From contig DAIDJN010000035.1 in assembly GCA_027451365.1 (NCBI GenBank), forward strand, positions 1 to 64,000: a DNA stretch of 64,000 nucleotides, in the 5' to 3' direction. The translations under genes and the position numbers were made by a program. The stretch comes from Phycisphaerales bacterium. GTDB taxonomy: Bacteria > Planctomycetota > Phycisphaerae > WQYP01. Below are positions 33,249 to 43,956 of the stretch, one piece after another. Every line of letters begins with the position of its first letter. Positions within the stretch are counted from its first letter, which is position 1. The notes beneath the pieces are model-generated. The model made no database searches. It was not told the DNA's origin and was given only the letters and a program-made list of their open reading frames with translations.

Positions 33249-33396
33249 GTTGGCCGGTATGCCGCATTGAAACCTGGCCACGGTCGTATAATGCGCTAAT
33301 GCACCGAGCCGGCAAAGGCAAAATCGGCCAGAAGCATTGATTTTCCGGGCCGCTTTACGGCAGGCCGGATTCACCCGATAACGCGAGTACGGGAAC

Positions 33397-34566
33397 ATGC
33401 CAACCAAACGTGATTACTACGAGATTCTGTCGGTTTCCAAAACCTCATCGGCGGATGAAATAAAGCGGGCATACCGGAAAGCCGCATTGCAGTTTCACCC
33501 GGATAAAAATCCGGGCGATAAGGAAGCTGAAACGCGCTTCAAGGAATCCGCCGAGGCTTATGAAGTACTCTCTGATCCGGACAAGCGATCCCGTTACGAT
33601 CAGCACGGTCACGATGGCCTTCGCGGCACCGCCGTGCATGATTACCAGAACATGCAATATGACGATATATCGTCACTGTTTAACGATATTTTCGGCGGTG
33701 GGATGGGGCAAAACCGCCGACAGGCTGGGCGTCAAACCCGTGGATTCGACCTTGAAACACAGGTGGAAATAGCGCTTAAGGATGTGGCGCAGGGCTGCCA
33801 ACGCGAAGTCAGCTTCACCCGGCAGGATATATGCGAAACCTGTTCCGGAACCGGCGCAAAGACCGGAACCAAACGCAAAATATGCGCCACCTGCGGCGGT
33901 CGCGGCCAAGTGCTTCAACGCGGATTCGGCGGCATGTTCCAAATGGTCAGCACCTGTCCATCCTGCATGGGCCAAGGGTCTACAGTGGACAAACCGTGCA
34001 CCGCGTGCGATGGCAGCGGACGCAGCCCGCTCAAGCGAACGGTGATTGTCAAAATTCCGGCCGGCATCCATGATGGTCAGGCAGTGCGCGTGCGCGGTGA
34101 AGGCGAACCGGGGGAAACAGCGGCCAGTCGTGGCGATCTTCATGTCTATGTGCGCGTGACAGAGCATGAATTTTTCCGACGGCAGGAAAATGATCTCATT
34201 CTGAATGTGCCTATCAGCTTCAGCCAGGCGGCGCTGGGTGCGGATGTGGAAATTCCGACTCTGTTCGGAAAAACATCCATGCGGGTGGAACCCGGTACGC
34301 AATTCGGACAGATTGTGAAAGTCAAAGGACTTGGCCTGCCCGATGTGCATGGCGGACGTCAGGGCGATCTGCTGGCACAAATTCTGGTCGAAGTGCCTCG
34401 AAAGCTTTCCCGCAAACAGGAGCAATTGTTACGGGATTACGCCGCCGCCGAAGAACATGCGGTACTCCCCGCACAAAAGAATTTCTTTGAAAAACTGCGC
34501 GACTACCTGGTCGGTAATGAAGAAGCGGCCAAAGTCGCAGAAACCCAGGGCGAAGGGAAAAAGTAA
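33397..34566 (+). CDS. dnaJ: Chaperone DnaJ
   Basis: J domain with HPD; four CxxCxGxG repeats. Confidence 0.97.
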   Translation: MPTKRDYYEILSVSKTSSADEIKRAYRKAALQFHPDKNPGDKEAETRFKESAEAYEVLSDPDKRSRYDQHGHDGLRGTAVHDYQNMQYDDISSLFNDIFGGGMGQNRRQAGRQTRGFDLETQVEIALKDVAQGCQREVSFTRQDICETCSGTGAKTGTKRKICATCGGRGQVLQRGFGGMFQMVSTCPSCMGQGSTVDKPCTACDGSGRSPLKRTVIVKIPAGIHDGQAVRVRGEGEPGETAASRGDLHVYVRVTEHEFFRRQENDLILNVPISFSQAALGADVEIPTLFGKTSMRVEPGTQFGQIVKVKGLGLPDVHGGRQGDLLAQILVEVPRKLSRKQEQLLRDYAAAEEHAVLPAQKNFFEKLRDYLVGNEEAAKVAETQGEGKK

Positions 34567-34610
34567 GTCCATCAGGATTAAGGATTTTGATACTCATTCG
34601 GGAGGCTTAT

Positions 34611-35150
34611 ATGCCGGAAGATAAAAACAAGCAGGACATGGCACAAGATTTTCAGGATGAAACGGGGACCGGATCGCAGGCCGCCGATTCCGATTCGGCT
34701 CTGAACGCCGCGATTGCCGAGGCCGAGGACCTGCGGCAAAAGCTGCTGCGCTGGCAGGCGGATTTTGAAAATTTAAGGCGTCGCAGCGCCCGGGAAGCGC
34801 TGGATACCCGGCAGAATGCCGAGGGCGATTTTGCGCGCGACATGCTGGACGTTCTGGACCACTTTGAAATGGCCCTTAGCGTAGACCCGACGAAAACCGA
34901 TTCGTCCACGCTTCTGCAAGGCGTGAAAATTACGTATGACGAATTGAAAAAGGTTCTGGCAAGGCGCGGCATTCAATCGTTTGATCCAACCGGCCAGCCG
35001 TTTGATCCGAATTTGCACGAGGCAATCGCCCGAGAAAGCAGTGCCGAAAAGCCGCCGATGACGGTGCTTCAGACTTTTTCCAAAGGCTACAAATCCGGCG
35101 ATCGGGTGCTGCGATCGGCCAGGGTTAAAGTCAGCATGAGCCCGGCTTGA
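34611..35150 (+). CDS. grpE: Nucleotide exchange factor GrpE
   Basis: ADFENLRRR, FDPNLHEA, KGY...RVLRSARV. Confidence 0.95.
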   Translation: MPEDKNKQDMAQDFQDETGTGSQAADSDSALNAAIAEAEDLRQKLLRWQADFENLRRRSAREALDTRQNAEGDFARDMLDVLDHFEMALSVDPTKTDSSTLLQGVKITYDELKKVLARRGIQSFDPTGQPFDPNLHEAIARESSAEKPPMTVLQTFSKGYKSGDRVLRSARVKVSMSPA

Positions 35151-35240
35151 AAACAGAACACCCGGGAGCGACATGACGCACGTCGCCTGCCCGTTCCACC
35201 GGCGGCAAATGCCGCCCGAGAAAAGATTGGAGTTGCGGCC

Positions 35241-35636
35241 ATGCCAACTTACGAATACCGCTGCGAAAAATGCGGCCACGAATTTGAGGAATTTCAATCC
35301 ATCACTTCCCGCCCCATTCGCAAATGTCCCAAGTGCGGGAAAAATGCGGTCCATCGGCTGATCAGTGCAGGGGCTGGCTTTATTTTCAAGGGCACCGGCT
35401 TTTACCAGACGGATTACCGCTCGGAAGGGTATAAAGAGTCCGCAAAAAAAGATGCCGCACCCACCGCCACATCGGCACCGGCCTCTGCCGGAAAACCGGA
35501 GTCCAAAAGCGGCACCGAAAGCGGTTCAAGTGCAGCGGCGCCAAAAGCCCCCGTGGCACCGGCCGCCAGCGAAAAATCTGAACCCTCTCAGAAGGCATCC
35601 CAAAAGCCTGCGAAGTCAGCTGCGAAATCCAAATAG
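35241..35636 (+). CDS. FmdB-family zinc-ribbon protein
   Basis: [12 protein letters not shown] ... CPKCG ... FKGTGFY.TDY; low-complexity tail. Confidence 0.9.
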   Translation: MPTYEYRCEKCGHEFEEFQSITSRPIRKCPKCGKNAVHRLISAGAGFIFKGTGFYQTDYRSEGYKESAKKDAAPTATSAPASAGKPESKSGTESGSSAAAPKAPVAPAASEKSEPSQKASQKPAKSAAKSK

Positions 35637-35678
35637 TCTCTACGGAGTCAAATGCATCCCCGCAGGAAATGGTGAGCT

Positions 35679-36362
35679 ATGTTCGACGCGCCACCCCCCC
35701 CCGCCGACCAGACACGACAAACGTGGTTCGAGAATGTCTGGCGCTGTCGCGAGGAAAAGATTTATCCGCAACTGTTCGGCGGCAGTCCGGACGGCATTTT
35801 TCGAATGACGGACGAGATTTTCCGGCAACTTGGACAAAGCGAAATTGACCCGCGATGGAAAACACTCAGTGTGCTGCGCTTTTGGAACTGCCCGATGAGC
35901 GGGGAATGCCTGTACGTCACCAGCGGCCTTTCCACTCCGTGGGGATTTGATCCAAGTCAGAAAAATACCGAGGTTTTCAGCGGCCTTGGCTTCGAGTTTT
36001 TCATGCGGTTTTCTGGAAAAGCCGATTTTGCGGCCACTGTGCTGCTATGGCTCGCGGCAGTTCAAACGCTGGTTGCCTGCGGACAGTTGCGCGGCGAACT
36101 GGTGGAGGCGCTGGACCGCGTGCCGCTGGGGCGGCCGATAACCGAAGGCTCCACACTGGATACCCTGTTCATATTTCCACCGGACGATATTCCCGCGGCG
36201 TTTGAGCTTGAATCCGGTGTGGTGGATCTGTTTTGTGTCACCGGCATTACAGTTGTCGAAAGCAGCTTTGCGAAAAGTCAGGGCGGAGATTCATTGCTGA
36301 CATTGCTGCGACATCATGAAGCGGATCGCCTGACGAACCTTCACCGCGGAAGTGTGGTTTAA
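35679..36362 (+). CDS. Suppressor-of-fused (SUFU) domain protein
   Basis: YVTSGLS, SGLGFEF, G.V....VTGIT..E motifs. Confidence 0.75.
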   Translation: MFDAPPPPADQTRQTWFENVWRCREEKIYPQLFGGSPDGIFRMTDEIFRQLGQSEIDPRWKTLSVLRFWNCPMSGECLYVTSGLSTPWGFDPSQKNTEVFSGLGFEFFMRFSGKADFAATVLLWLAAVQTLVACGQLRGELVEALDRVPLGRPITEGSTLDTLFIFPPDDIPAAFELESGVVDLFCVTGITVVESSFAKSQGGDSLLTLLRHHEADRLTNLHRGSVV

Positions 36363-36473
36363 CGAAGCAGGTAAAGTCAAACGGTGCCGTTGCCGCCGTA
36401 CGGGCCAGCGCGAATAAAGCCTTTGAGTAAAAAGGGCGGGAAGTTTCATCGTCAGACGGATATAATCAGGACC

Positions 36474-37667
36474 ATGACAATTAAACGCATACACGAAACA
36501 AACACCAGCAGCGGTACTGGCGAAGAACTACCGGAAAGCGCGATTCAGGCGACAGGAGCCCAGAATGAATCGCGTCCATCCATATTGGGTATGAATGTTG
36601 CCGCGCTGGAGGCACAGGTCACCGGAATGGGAATGCCGAAATTCCGCGCGGGCCAGATTATGGAATGGATCTACCGGAAACGGGCAACCGGCTTTGCCCA
36701 GATGACCAATCTTTCTCTGGCCGACCGAACCGCTCTGGACACAAAATTCACACTGTTTACGGGTGAACTGGTGCGGCATCTGCAGGCAACCGACGGCACT
36801 GAAAAATGCCTGTTTCGCTGGCCCGACGGCGGCCTGACTGAAAGCGTCATGATTCCATGTGATGAAGACGCCGTGGACGACTCTGGCCGCACAAACATTA
36901 CCCTGCGCCGAACGGCCTGCCTTTCCACCCAGGTGGGCTGCCCGGTCGGCTGCGCCTTTTGTGCAAGCGGATTGGCCGGATTCAAAAACAATTTGCAAAC
37001 CAGTCAGGTGGTGGAACAAGCGCTGCGATTGACCCACCTCCTGCCTGCGGACGGCCGCCTTAGCAACGTGGTATTCATGGGAATGGGCGAACCACTGGCA
37101 AATTTTGATGTGACCGTCAGCGCGATCGGTATTCTGATGGCGCCATGGGCATTCCACATTGGCGGGCGAAAAATTACCGTCAGTACAGTCGGTCTGCCTC
37201 CGCAGATTCGCAAACTTGCGGATGTGGGCGCACCGGTGACACTGGCCCTTAGCCTGCATGCCCCCAATGATGAATTGCGCAAGCAAATTATTCCGTGGGC
37301 AAAAGGCATCGAATTGGACCAGTTGGTTGTGGCATGCCAGTATTACTTCCAAACCACCGGGCGCGAGGTCACTTTGGAATATATCATGCTCGACGGCGTG
37401 AATACCCTGCCCGAGCACGCGGATGAACTCGCAGCGATAGCACGACGGATGCGGGCGAACGTGAACCTGATTTATTACAATGAAGTGCCAGACTTGGCAT
37501 TTAGACGGCCTTCCGGCCCAACCATGTTTCAATTTCAGACCCGTTTGCGTGAATTCGGCATTAAGGCGCATGTGCGTAAAAGCCGCGGCCGGGACATTGC
37601 CGCGGCCTGCGGCCAGTTAGCCCGGCAAGATTCTCCGGGCGTTCACAAGGCAGTGAAAGCAGATTGA
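36474..37667 (+). CDS. rlmN: rRNA/tRNA m2A methyltransferase RlmN
   Basis: CPVGCAFC, MGMGEP, SLHA, AACGQL. Confidence 0.93.
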   Translation: MTIKRIHETNTSSGTGEELPESAIQATGAQNESRPSILGMNVAALEAQVTGMGMPKFRAGQIMEWIYRKRATGFAQMTNLSLADRTALDTKFTLFTGELVRHLQATDGTEKCLFRWPDGGLTESVMIPCDEDAVDDSGRTNITLRRTACLSTQVGCPVGCAFCASGLAGFKNNLQTSQVVEQALRLTHLLPADGRLSNVVFMGMGEPLANFDVTVSAIGILMAPWAFHIGGRKITVSTVGLPPQIRKLADVGAPVTLALSLHAPNDELRKQIIPWAKGIELDQLVVACQYYFQTTGREVTLEYIMLDGVNTLPEHADELAAIARRMRANVNLIYYNEVPDLAFRRPSGPTMFQFQTRLREFGIKAHVRKSRGRDIAAACGQLARQDSPGVHKAVKAD

Positions 37668-37778
37668 TTTCCGCCAAAACCGCATCCGGGTCATGCGGCG
37701 TTGATTTGGCATTGAGAAAAAGGGTCCCTAGAATTTAGTTTGTATTTTAGCCTGCGGGCGGAATTGCACGGAGTTTTC

Positions 37779-39137
37779 ATGCGGCGCGTGGTTGTTACCG
37801 GATTGGGAGCTGTTTCTCCTCATGGTTTAAGCACAAAGGAATTCTGGAACGCATTGCTGGATGGCAAGTCCAGCACAACTTCCCTGACACAATTCGACAG
37901 CAGCACATTCCCCAGCCGCGTGGCCGGCGTAGTGCCCTCGTTTAAAGTTACAGATTTTGTCCCCAAAAGCTATCGCAAAGCGACCAAAATCATGGCCAGG
38001 GACATTGAACTTGCCGTTCTTGGAGCCGATGGCGCGCTGCGGGACGCGAAAATCGCCACCAGGGGAATTATTGAAGCCAGCGGCGGAAAAAAGCCGGATG
38101 ACACCTGGTACCTGCCGAACCCCGCTCGACTAGGCTGCAACATTGGTGCTGGACTGATATGTGCGGATTTAACTGAACTGTCCGCCGCGCTGGCTCAGGC
38201 CAAGGCCCCTGACGGCAGTTTGGATATGCAGCGGTGGGGTCGGTCAGACAATCCAACTCAGACCAGCGGAATGGAAAATCTGACACCGCTTTGGCTGCTT
38301 AAATATCTTCCGAATATGCTGGCCTGCCATGTCAGCATCATTCATGACACACAGGGACCATCCAACACAATTACCTGTGGGCAGGCCTCAGCTGGCCTGG
38401 CCCTGGGTGAAGCCTGCCGCACCATCGCTCGCGGCCAGGCGGACATGGCCCTGGTGGGCGGCTGCGAATCTCTGATTCATCCCGTCGGGCTGATGCGCTG
38501 GTCGTTACTCAATCGCGTGAATACCCAAGCCAATGATCGCCCGGCGGAAGCCTGCCGTCCATTGGATATCGATGCGCAGGGCACAGTCATAGCCGAAGGC
38601 GGCGGCGTTCTTGTAATTGAGGAACTGAAGAGTGCGCTGGGGCGCAACGCGGAAATTTATTGTGAAATCGCCGGCCTTGGGGAATCAAGCTCTGCCCAGA
38701 AAGTCTGTCAGGCCGACCCAACCGGTGAAGCCCTGGTGGTGGCGATGCACAAGGCGATGGCCAAGGCTGGAATTTCCGCCGATGCTGTGGATATGGTCAT
38801 CCCATCCGGCTACGGCATTCCGGCTTATGATCAGGCCGATGCCGCGGCCATTCGCGCGGTATTCGGCGCCAGAACACCTTTTGTGTCTCCCATCCGCGGC
38901 GGCGTCGGCGATTGCGGTGCGGGAAGTCAGGCGTTGGACCTTGTGGCGGCGGCACTGGCCATCGACGAACAAAAGTTGTTCCCCGTGGTAAACAACAACC
39001 ACCCCATTGCGGGATTGAATGTTCCACATGAACGGCGCGACGACGCGAACCTTCGCCATGTGATGGTCCTGTCAACTTCCATGGCGGGACAAAATTCCGT
39101 GGTGGTCTTCCGTAAAACGGGTCTGCAGGAAGTCTGA
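37779..39137 (+). CDS. Ketosynthase-like protein lacking the catalytic triad (chain-length-factor-like)
   Basis: FabF fold motifs (RRVVVTGLG, CRPLD, EGGG), but Cys->Gln (TCGQASA), HGTGT->SGYGI and GH->GD. Confidence 0.75.
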   Translation: MRRVVVTGLGAVSPHGLSTKEFWNALLDGKSSTTSLTQFDSSTFPSRVAGVVPSFKVTDFVPKSYRKATKIMARDIELAVLGADGALRDAKIATRGIIEASGGKKPDDTWYLPNPARLGCNIGAGLICADLTELSAALAQAKAPDGSLDMQRWGRSDNPTQTSGMENLTPLWLLKYLPNMLACHVSIIHDTQGPSNTITCGQASAGLALGEACRTIARGQADMALVGGCESLIHPVGLMRWSLLNRVNTQANDRPAEACRPLDIDAQGTVIAEGGGVLVIEELKSALGRNAEIYCEIAGLGESSSAQKVCQADPTGEALVVAMHKAMAKAGISADAVDMVIPSGYGIPAYDQADAAAIRAVFGARTPFVSPIRGGVGDCGAGSQALDLVAAALAIDEQKLFPVVNNNHPIAGLNVPHERRDDANLRHVMVLSTSMAGQNSVVVFRKTGLQEV

Positions 39138-39203
39138 CCAGAATCAGCACTGGGCGGTTGACAGAATGGACCGGCCGAAGACACAACAAATGGAGAAGCT
39201 AAT

Positions 39204-40511
39204 ATGCAACAACGTGTCGTCATTACAGGAATGGGTTGGGTCACGCCGCTGGGACACAATCTGGATGAGGTCTGGCGCGGCCTGCTGGCGGGCCAAAGCG
39301 GCATCGCGCCGACGACCTTGTTTGACGCACAGTCATTTCCCACCACTTTTGCCGCGGAAGTAAAACATTACAGCTTTCCTCCGGATCTTGCCGCCACCGG
39401 CCGCCATACCCATGCGGCGCGGGCCACGCTTTTTGCGCTGGACGCGGCGCGACAGGCCTGGCTGCAGGCGGGCCTGGGAAACGCCGGCACCCACGAAAAC
39501 AATATCAACCCTTATGATGTGGGAGTATATCTTGGTGGGGGCGAAAGCCCGGTGGAATTCGACGCGTTCACCCGCACGGCACTGGCCGCATGGGACCCGG
39601 CAACCCGATCGCTGAACATGCCCGAATGGGGCACTCGCTCTATGAAGACCTTTCATGCCATGCGTGAAATTGAACAGGAACCCTCCATGCCGATCGCACA
39701 TCTGAGCATGGAATTTAATGCCCGCGGACCGGCCATGAACTGCCTGACCGCATGCGCGGCTTCCACACAGGCGCTGGGCGAAGCCATGGAAATTATCCGG
39801 CAGGGAGATGCCAAAATCATGATATCCGGTGGTGCGCATTCCATGATCCATCCGTTCGGCGTAACGGGTTTTAATCGCCTGACGGCCCTTTCCACTTTTA
39901 ACGACAATCCGCGGCGCGCCTGCCGCCCGTTTGACGCCACCCGCAGTGGATTCGTGATTGGTGAAGGAGCCGGCATTCTTATCCTGGAAAGTCTGAATCA
40001 CGCCAAAGCCCGCGGGGCCACCATTCTGGCCGAAGTGGTTGGTTATGGCAGTTCTGCCGATGCATACCGTGTTACCGACCAGCATCCGGAGGGGCGCGGG
40101 GCAGTCGTAGCCATTAACGAAGCGCTGAAAGACGCTGGCCTCGCGCCGACGGATATTGATTATATCAATGCCCATGGAACCGGCACAAAGGAAAATGATT
40201 CAACTGAAACCTTGGCAATTAAAAAGGCTTTCGGCGACCGCGCCCGACAAATTCCAATCAGCAGTATCAAAAGCATGATGGGCCACCTGATAGCGGCCGC
40301 CGGTGCCGTGGAAGCCATTACCTGCGTGCTGGCTCTGCGCGATCAGATTCTTCCCCCCACCGCGAATTACAGTGTGCCGGATCCAGAATGTGACCTGGAT
40401 TACGTTCCCAACACGGCGCGCCATGCGAAGGTCAAGGTGGCCATGTCCAACAGCTTTGGCTTCGGCGGCCAGAACGATACGTTAATTTTGCGGCAATTTG
40501 ACGGGAATTGA
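39204..40511 (+). CDS. fabF: Beta-ketoacyl-ACP synthase II (FabF-like), intact C-H-H triad
   Basis: TACAAS, NAHGTGT, KSMMGHL, SNSFGFGG. Confidence 0.85.
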   Translation: MQQRVVITGMGWVTPLGHNLDEVWRGLLAGQSGIAPTTLFDAQSFPTTFAAEVKHYSFPPDLAATGRHTHAARATLFALDAARQAWLQAGLGNAGTHENNINPYDVGVYLGGGESPVEFDAFTRTALAAWDPATRSLNMPEWGTRSMKTFHAMREIEQEPSMPIAHLSMEFNARGPAMNCLTACAASTQALGEAMEIIRQGDAKIMISGGAHSMIHPFGVTGFNRLTALSTFNDNPRRACRPFDATRSGFVIGEGAGILILESLNHAKARGATILAEVVGYGSSADAYRVTDQHPEGRGAVVAINEALKDAGLAPTDIDYINAHGTGTKENDSTETLAIKKAFGDRARQIPISSIKSMMGHLIAAAGAVEAITCVLALRDQILPPTANYSVPDPECDLDYVPNTARHAKVKVAMSNSFGFGGQNDTLILRQFDGN

Positions 40512-40710
40512 CTCATATTGCATTGCGGATGAATCAACTCTGTTCGTTTTGATCACCGTGCCCGTCAGACCGCGACCGTTTCGCCCGCCTGGACCGGCCT
40601 GACCAATACCATTCGACCATGACAAAACTTTGGACAATCACCCTTTTTTACGGTATGTTCTCGGATAATAATATTAGGGTGCTTAAGGTTTATTACAGGA
40701 CACTTTTATC

Positions 40711-42588
40711 ATGCAAACACAGACCACCGCTCCGAAACCATTATCGAATCATTCGACCGAATCGCTGGCCGCGCTGGCACGGCAACTTCGCATTGATTCC
40801 ATCCGCTGCACAACCGCCGCGGGTTCGGGCCATCCGACTTCATCCATGTCTGCCGCAGAACTTATGGCCGTGCTGATGGTGGAACATCTGCGTTTTGACT
40901 GGTCTACGCCGCATCACCCCAACAACGACCGGCTGATTTTTTCCAAGGGCCATGCGTGCCCGCTGCTGTATTCGATGTATAAGGCCGCCGGCATTATTTC
41001 CGACGCCGAACTTCTGCGTCTAAGGAAAATTGACAGCCCACTGCAGGGGCACCCGAATCCGCACGTCCTTAAATGGGTGGACGTGGCCACCGGCTCGCTG
41101 GGGCAGGGCCTGCCGATCGGTGTGGGCATGGCACTGAACGCCAAGAACGTGGACCATCTGCCCTACCGTGTGTGGGTACTGCTGGGCGACAGCGAAATGG
41201 CGGAAGGCTCCGTCTGGGAAGCGTTTGATAAAGCCTCGTATTACAAGCTGAATAATCTGATTGCGATCATTGATATGAATCGCCTTGGCCAGCGCGGCGA
41301 AACCGACCTTGGATGGCATGGCGAAATTTATGCGGCCCGTGCCCGCGCCTTCGGCTGGCACGCCATTGAAATTGACGGCCAGGACATCAGCCAGGTTCAA
41401 AAGGCCTACAAAGAAGCGCTTGCCCAGACAGACCGCCCCACCGTCATTATCGCGAAAACTCAAAAGGGCAGTGGCGTTTCATTTCTGGCCAATAAGGATG
41501 GCTGGCACGGCAAAGCTCTTTCCGCAGATGAAGAGAAAAAAGCCATCGCCGAACTGGGCACACCAACTAACCTGGTGTTTCAAACACAGAAGCCAGAGAA
41601 TCTTCAGCCCACCGGCTGGGACCCGGCTGCAACGCTGACACTGCCAACGTATGCACTTGGCGGCAAGGAAGCGGCTCGCAAGGCCTATGGCGACGCGATT
41701 GCCGCCTTGGGCCACGCCGACCCCACCATTGTGGCAATGGACGCGGAAGTCAGTAATTCAACCCATGCTGACGAATTCAAGAAAGCCCATCCCGGCCGAT
41801 TTTTTGAAATGTTTATTGCCGAACAGCAACTGGTATCAGCAGCCGTTGGCTTTGGCGTGCTCGGCAAAAAAGCATTTGCCTCCACCTTCGCGGCATTTTT
41901 CTCGCGAGCCTATGACCAGATTCGCATGGCCGCGATTTCCAACGCCACCATTCGCCTGGCCGGATCGCATCCGGGAGTAAGCATCGGTCAGGATGGCCCT
42001 TCGCAAATGGCTCTGGAAGATATTGCGATGATGCGAAGCGTTTTTGAAAGTACAGTATTCTATCCATCCGACGCGAATCAGACAGTGAAGCTTGTGGCTC
42101 TGATGGCTGGAGTTAACGGCATTTCCTACATCCGCACCACACGCGAAAAACTTCCGATTATTTACAGTCCGGACGAGCAATTCAAAATCGGCGGCTGCAA
42201 AGTGATTCGCCAGTCGGCGCAAGATCGTCTGACCGTGATCGGGGCGGGAATCACGTTACATGAGGCCATCAAGGCGGCCGACGCGCTCGCCAAAGAAAGC
42301 ATTGCCATTCGCGTCATCGATTTGTATTCCGTCAAACCGGTCGACCATCAGACTTTGGCCAAAGCCGCCAGCGAAACCAACAATAAATTCATTGTGGTGG
42401 AAGACCATTGGGAAGAGGGCGGCCTGGGAGATGCCGTGCTCGATGCCTTTGCGCAATCGGCTAATCGCCCGCTGGTGGTGAAACTGGCTGTGCGGAAAAT
42501 GCCCGGCAGCGGCAGCCCGGCCGAATTGATGGCGGCTGCCGGAATTGATGCCGCCCATATTGTGGCCGCCGCCAAAAAGATGGCCTGA
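40711..42588 (+). CDS. tkt: Transketolase
   Basis: SGHPTS, SKGHA, TGSLGQG, GDSE..EG ThDP motif, GQDGPSQ. Confidence 0.93.
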   Translation: MQTQTTAPKPLSNHSTESLAALARQLRIDSIRCTTAAGSGHPTSSMSAAELMAVLMVEHLRFDWSTPHHPNNDRLIFSKGHACPLLYSMYKAAGIISDAELLRLRKIDSPLQGHPNPHVLKWVDVATGSLGQGLPIGVGMALNAKNVDHLPYRVWVLLGDSEMAEGSVWEAFDKASYYKLNNLIAIIDMNRLGQRGETDLGWHGEIYAARARAFGWHAIEIDGQDISQVQKAYKEALAQTDRPTVIIAKTQKGSGVSFLANKDGWHGKALSADEEKKAIAELGTPTNLVFQTQKPENLQPTGWDPAATLTLPTYALGGKEAARKAYGDAIAALGHADPTIVAMDAEVSNSTHADEFKKAHPGRFFEMFIAEQQLVSAAVGFGVLGKKAFASTFAAFFSRAYDQIRMAAISNATIRLAGSHPGVSIGQDGPSQMALEDIAMMRSVFESTVFYPSDANQTVKLVALMAGVNGISYIRTTREKLPIIYSPDEQFKIGGCKVIRQSAQDRLTVIGAGITLHEAIKAADALAKESIAIRVIDLYSVKPVDHQTLAKAASETNNKFIVVEDHWEEGGLGDAVLDAFAQSANRPLVVKLAVRKMPGSGSPAELMAAAGIDAAHIVAAAKKMA

Positions 42589-42619
42589 TCGCCAGACGAC
42601 CCGCACCGGCGGCCATTGG

Positions 42620-43756
42620 TTACAACCAGCCGCGAATCAACACGTCCGGCCCCAGACGCTCTGTTTCCCAACGGGAAATGTGGTGTGCGCTCGCCAATGG
42701 AATGGTGGCCGCAGACTCTACTGCATGACGGGCCAATGCGTCACCCAGAACAATAGGTGCAATAAAAACCCAGGTCTCATCTATCAGGCCATCACGCAAC
42801 AGCGACGCAATTAAGCGCGGCCCCCCTTCCACCAGAATATTGGTGCAGCCCATGCGGGCCAGGCGGCCAAGAACGGATCGCAGCGCCAGGGAACCAGCTT
42901 TGCGTCTGGCCGCGGGCATAAGCTGTATACCAGCTTTTTGCAATAATTTTTGACGCGACACAGCCGCACGATTCAGATTATTCCCATGCACCAGCAACAC
43001 GGGGAATTGGCCGCATGTTCGAACCAGATTGGATTCCAGCGGCAGACGGCATTCGCTGTCCAGCACCACCCGAAGAGCTATGCGATCAAGCATGCGCATT
43101 TTCACCGGTCGCGCCGTCAGAAACGGATCATCTGCCAAAGCCGTTCCAATGCCCACCATAATCGCATCCACCCGGCTGCGCAGGGCGTGCACACGCTGCC
43201 GTGAAAGATCGCCGCTGATCCATTTTGAGCGGCCGTGGCGATCCGCAATACAGCCGTCCAAACTTTGGGCCCACTTGGCAATAACATACGGTTGTTTGCG
43301 GGTAATCCATTTTATAAAGGGACGGTTGAGTTCCACGGCCTGATCCCGGCAGACATTCCGCGCCACGTTAATTCCCGCCCGCGCCAGCGCTGCCAGCCCC
43401 TTGCCGCAAACCTTTGGATTGGGATCGAGCATCGCCGCAACCACACGACTGATTCCCGCCGTTATAATCGCTTTGGTGCATGGCCCGGTTTTGCCGGTAT
43501 GGCAGCATGGCTCAAGAGTGACATACAGGGTTCCGCCGCGAGCCTTATTTCCGGCCTTTTTCAGCACCTCGATTTCCGCGTGAGGTCCGCCAAAACGCTG
43601 GTGCCAGCCACGTGCGATGACGCGGCCATTTTTAACCAGAACCGCCCCGACCATCGGATTAGGTTCCACCGCTCCGCGCCCAAGTCGGGCCTGCCGCAGG
43701 GCGATCCGCATAAAGCGATGGTCGGATGAATCACCGAAGGCGGCCTTGATGGTCAC
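42620..43756 (-). CDS. ribD: Riboflavin biosynthesis deaminase/reductase (start uncertain, 43756 or 43798)
   Basis: PNPMVGAV, HAE, LEPCCH.GKTGPC, SLDG, VEGG. Confidence 0.93.
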   Translation of the reverse strand: MTIKAAFGDSSDHRFMRIALRQARLGRGAVEPNPMVGAVLVKNGRVIARGWHQRFGGPHAEIEVLKKAGNKARGGTLYVTLEPCCHTGKTGPCTKAIITAGISRVVAAMLDPNPKVCGKGLAALARAGINVARNVCRDQAVELNRPFIKWITRKQPYVIAKWAQSLDGCIADRHGRSKWISGDLSRQRVHALRSRVDAIMVGIGTALADDPFLTARPVKMRMLDRIALRVVLDSECRLPLESNLVRTCGQFPVLLVHGNNLNRAAVSRQKLLQKAGIQLMPAARRKAGSLALRSVLGRLARMGCTNILVEGGPRLIASLLRDGLIDETWVFIAPIVLGDALARHAVESAATIPLASAHHISRWETERLGPDVLIRGWL

Positions 43757-43956
43757 AACAAAATCCTTGCGAAACAGGTATTGAGCCGCCGCAGACATCG
43801 TTTGGCTCTGTCGGCAACTCGTACCATCATATTATGGCGCAGCCCCCCTGGATTCACCAGCCAGGAATAGCTCTGGGCAGGAATATGAATATTAAACCAC
43901 AAATTGACAAAGGTGTTCCGCCCAATCCGGCTCGGCTGTTTCATTCCAGACCTGTT

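Noticed and set aside
33267..33292. TTGAAA...TATAAT promoter before dnaJ
   Set aside because: Spacer is only 14 nt; the -10 may be real but the pair is not convincing
43800..43956. FMN riboswitch upstream of ribD
   Set aside because: No RFN consensus segments are present
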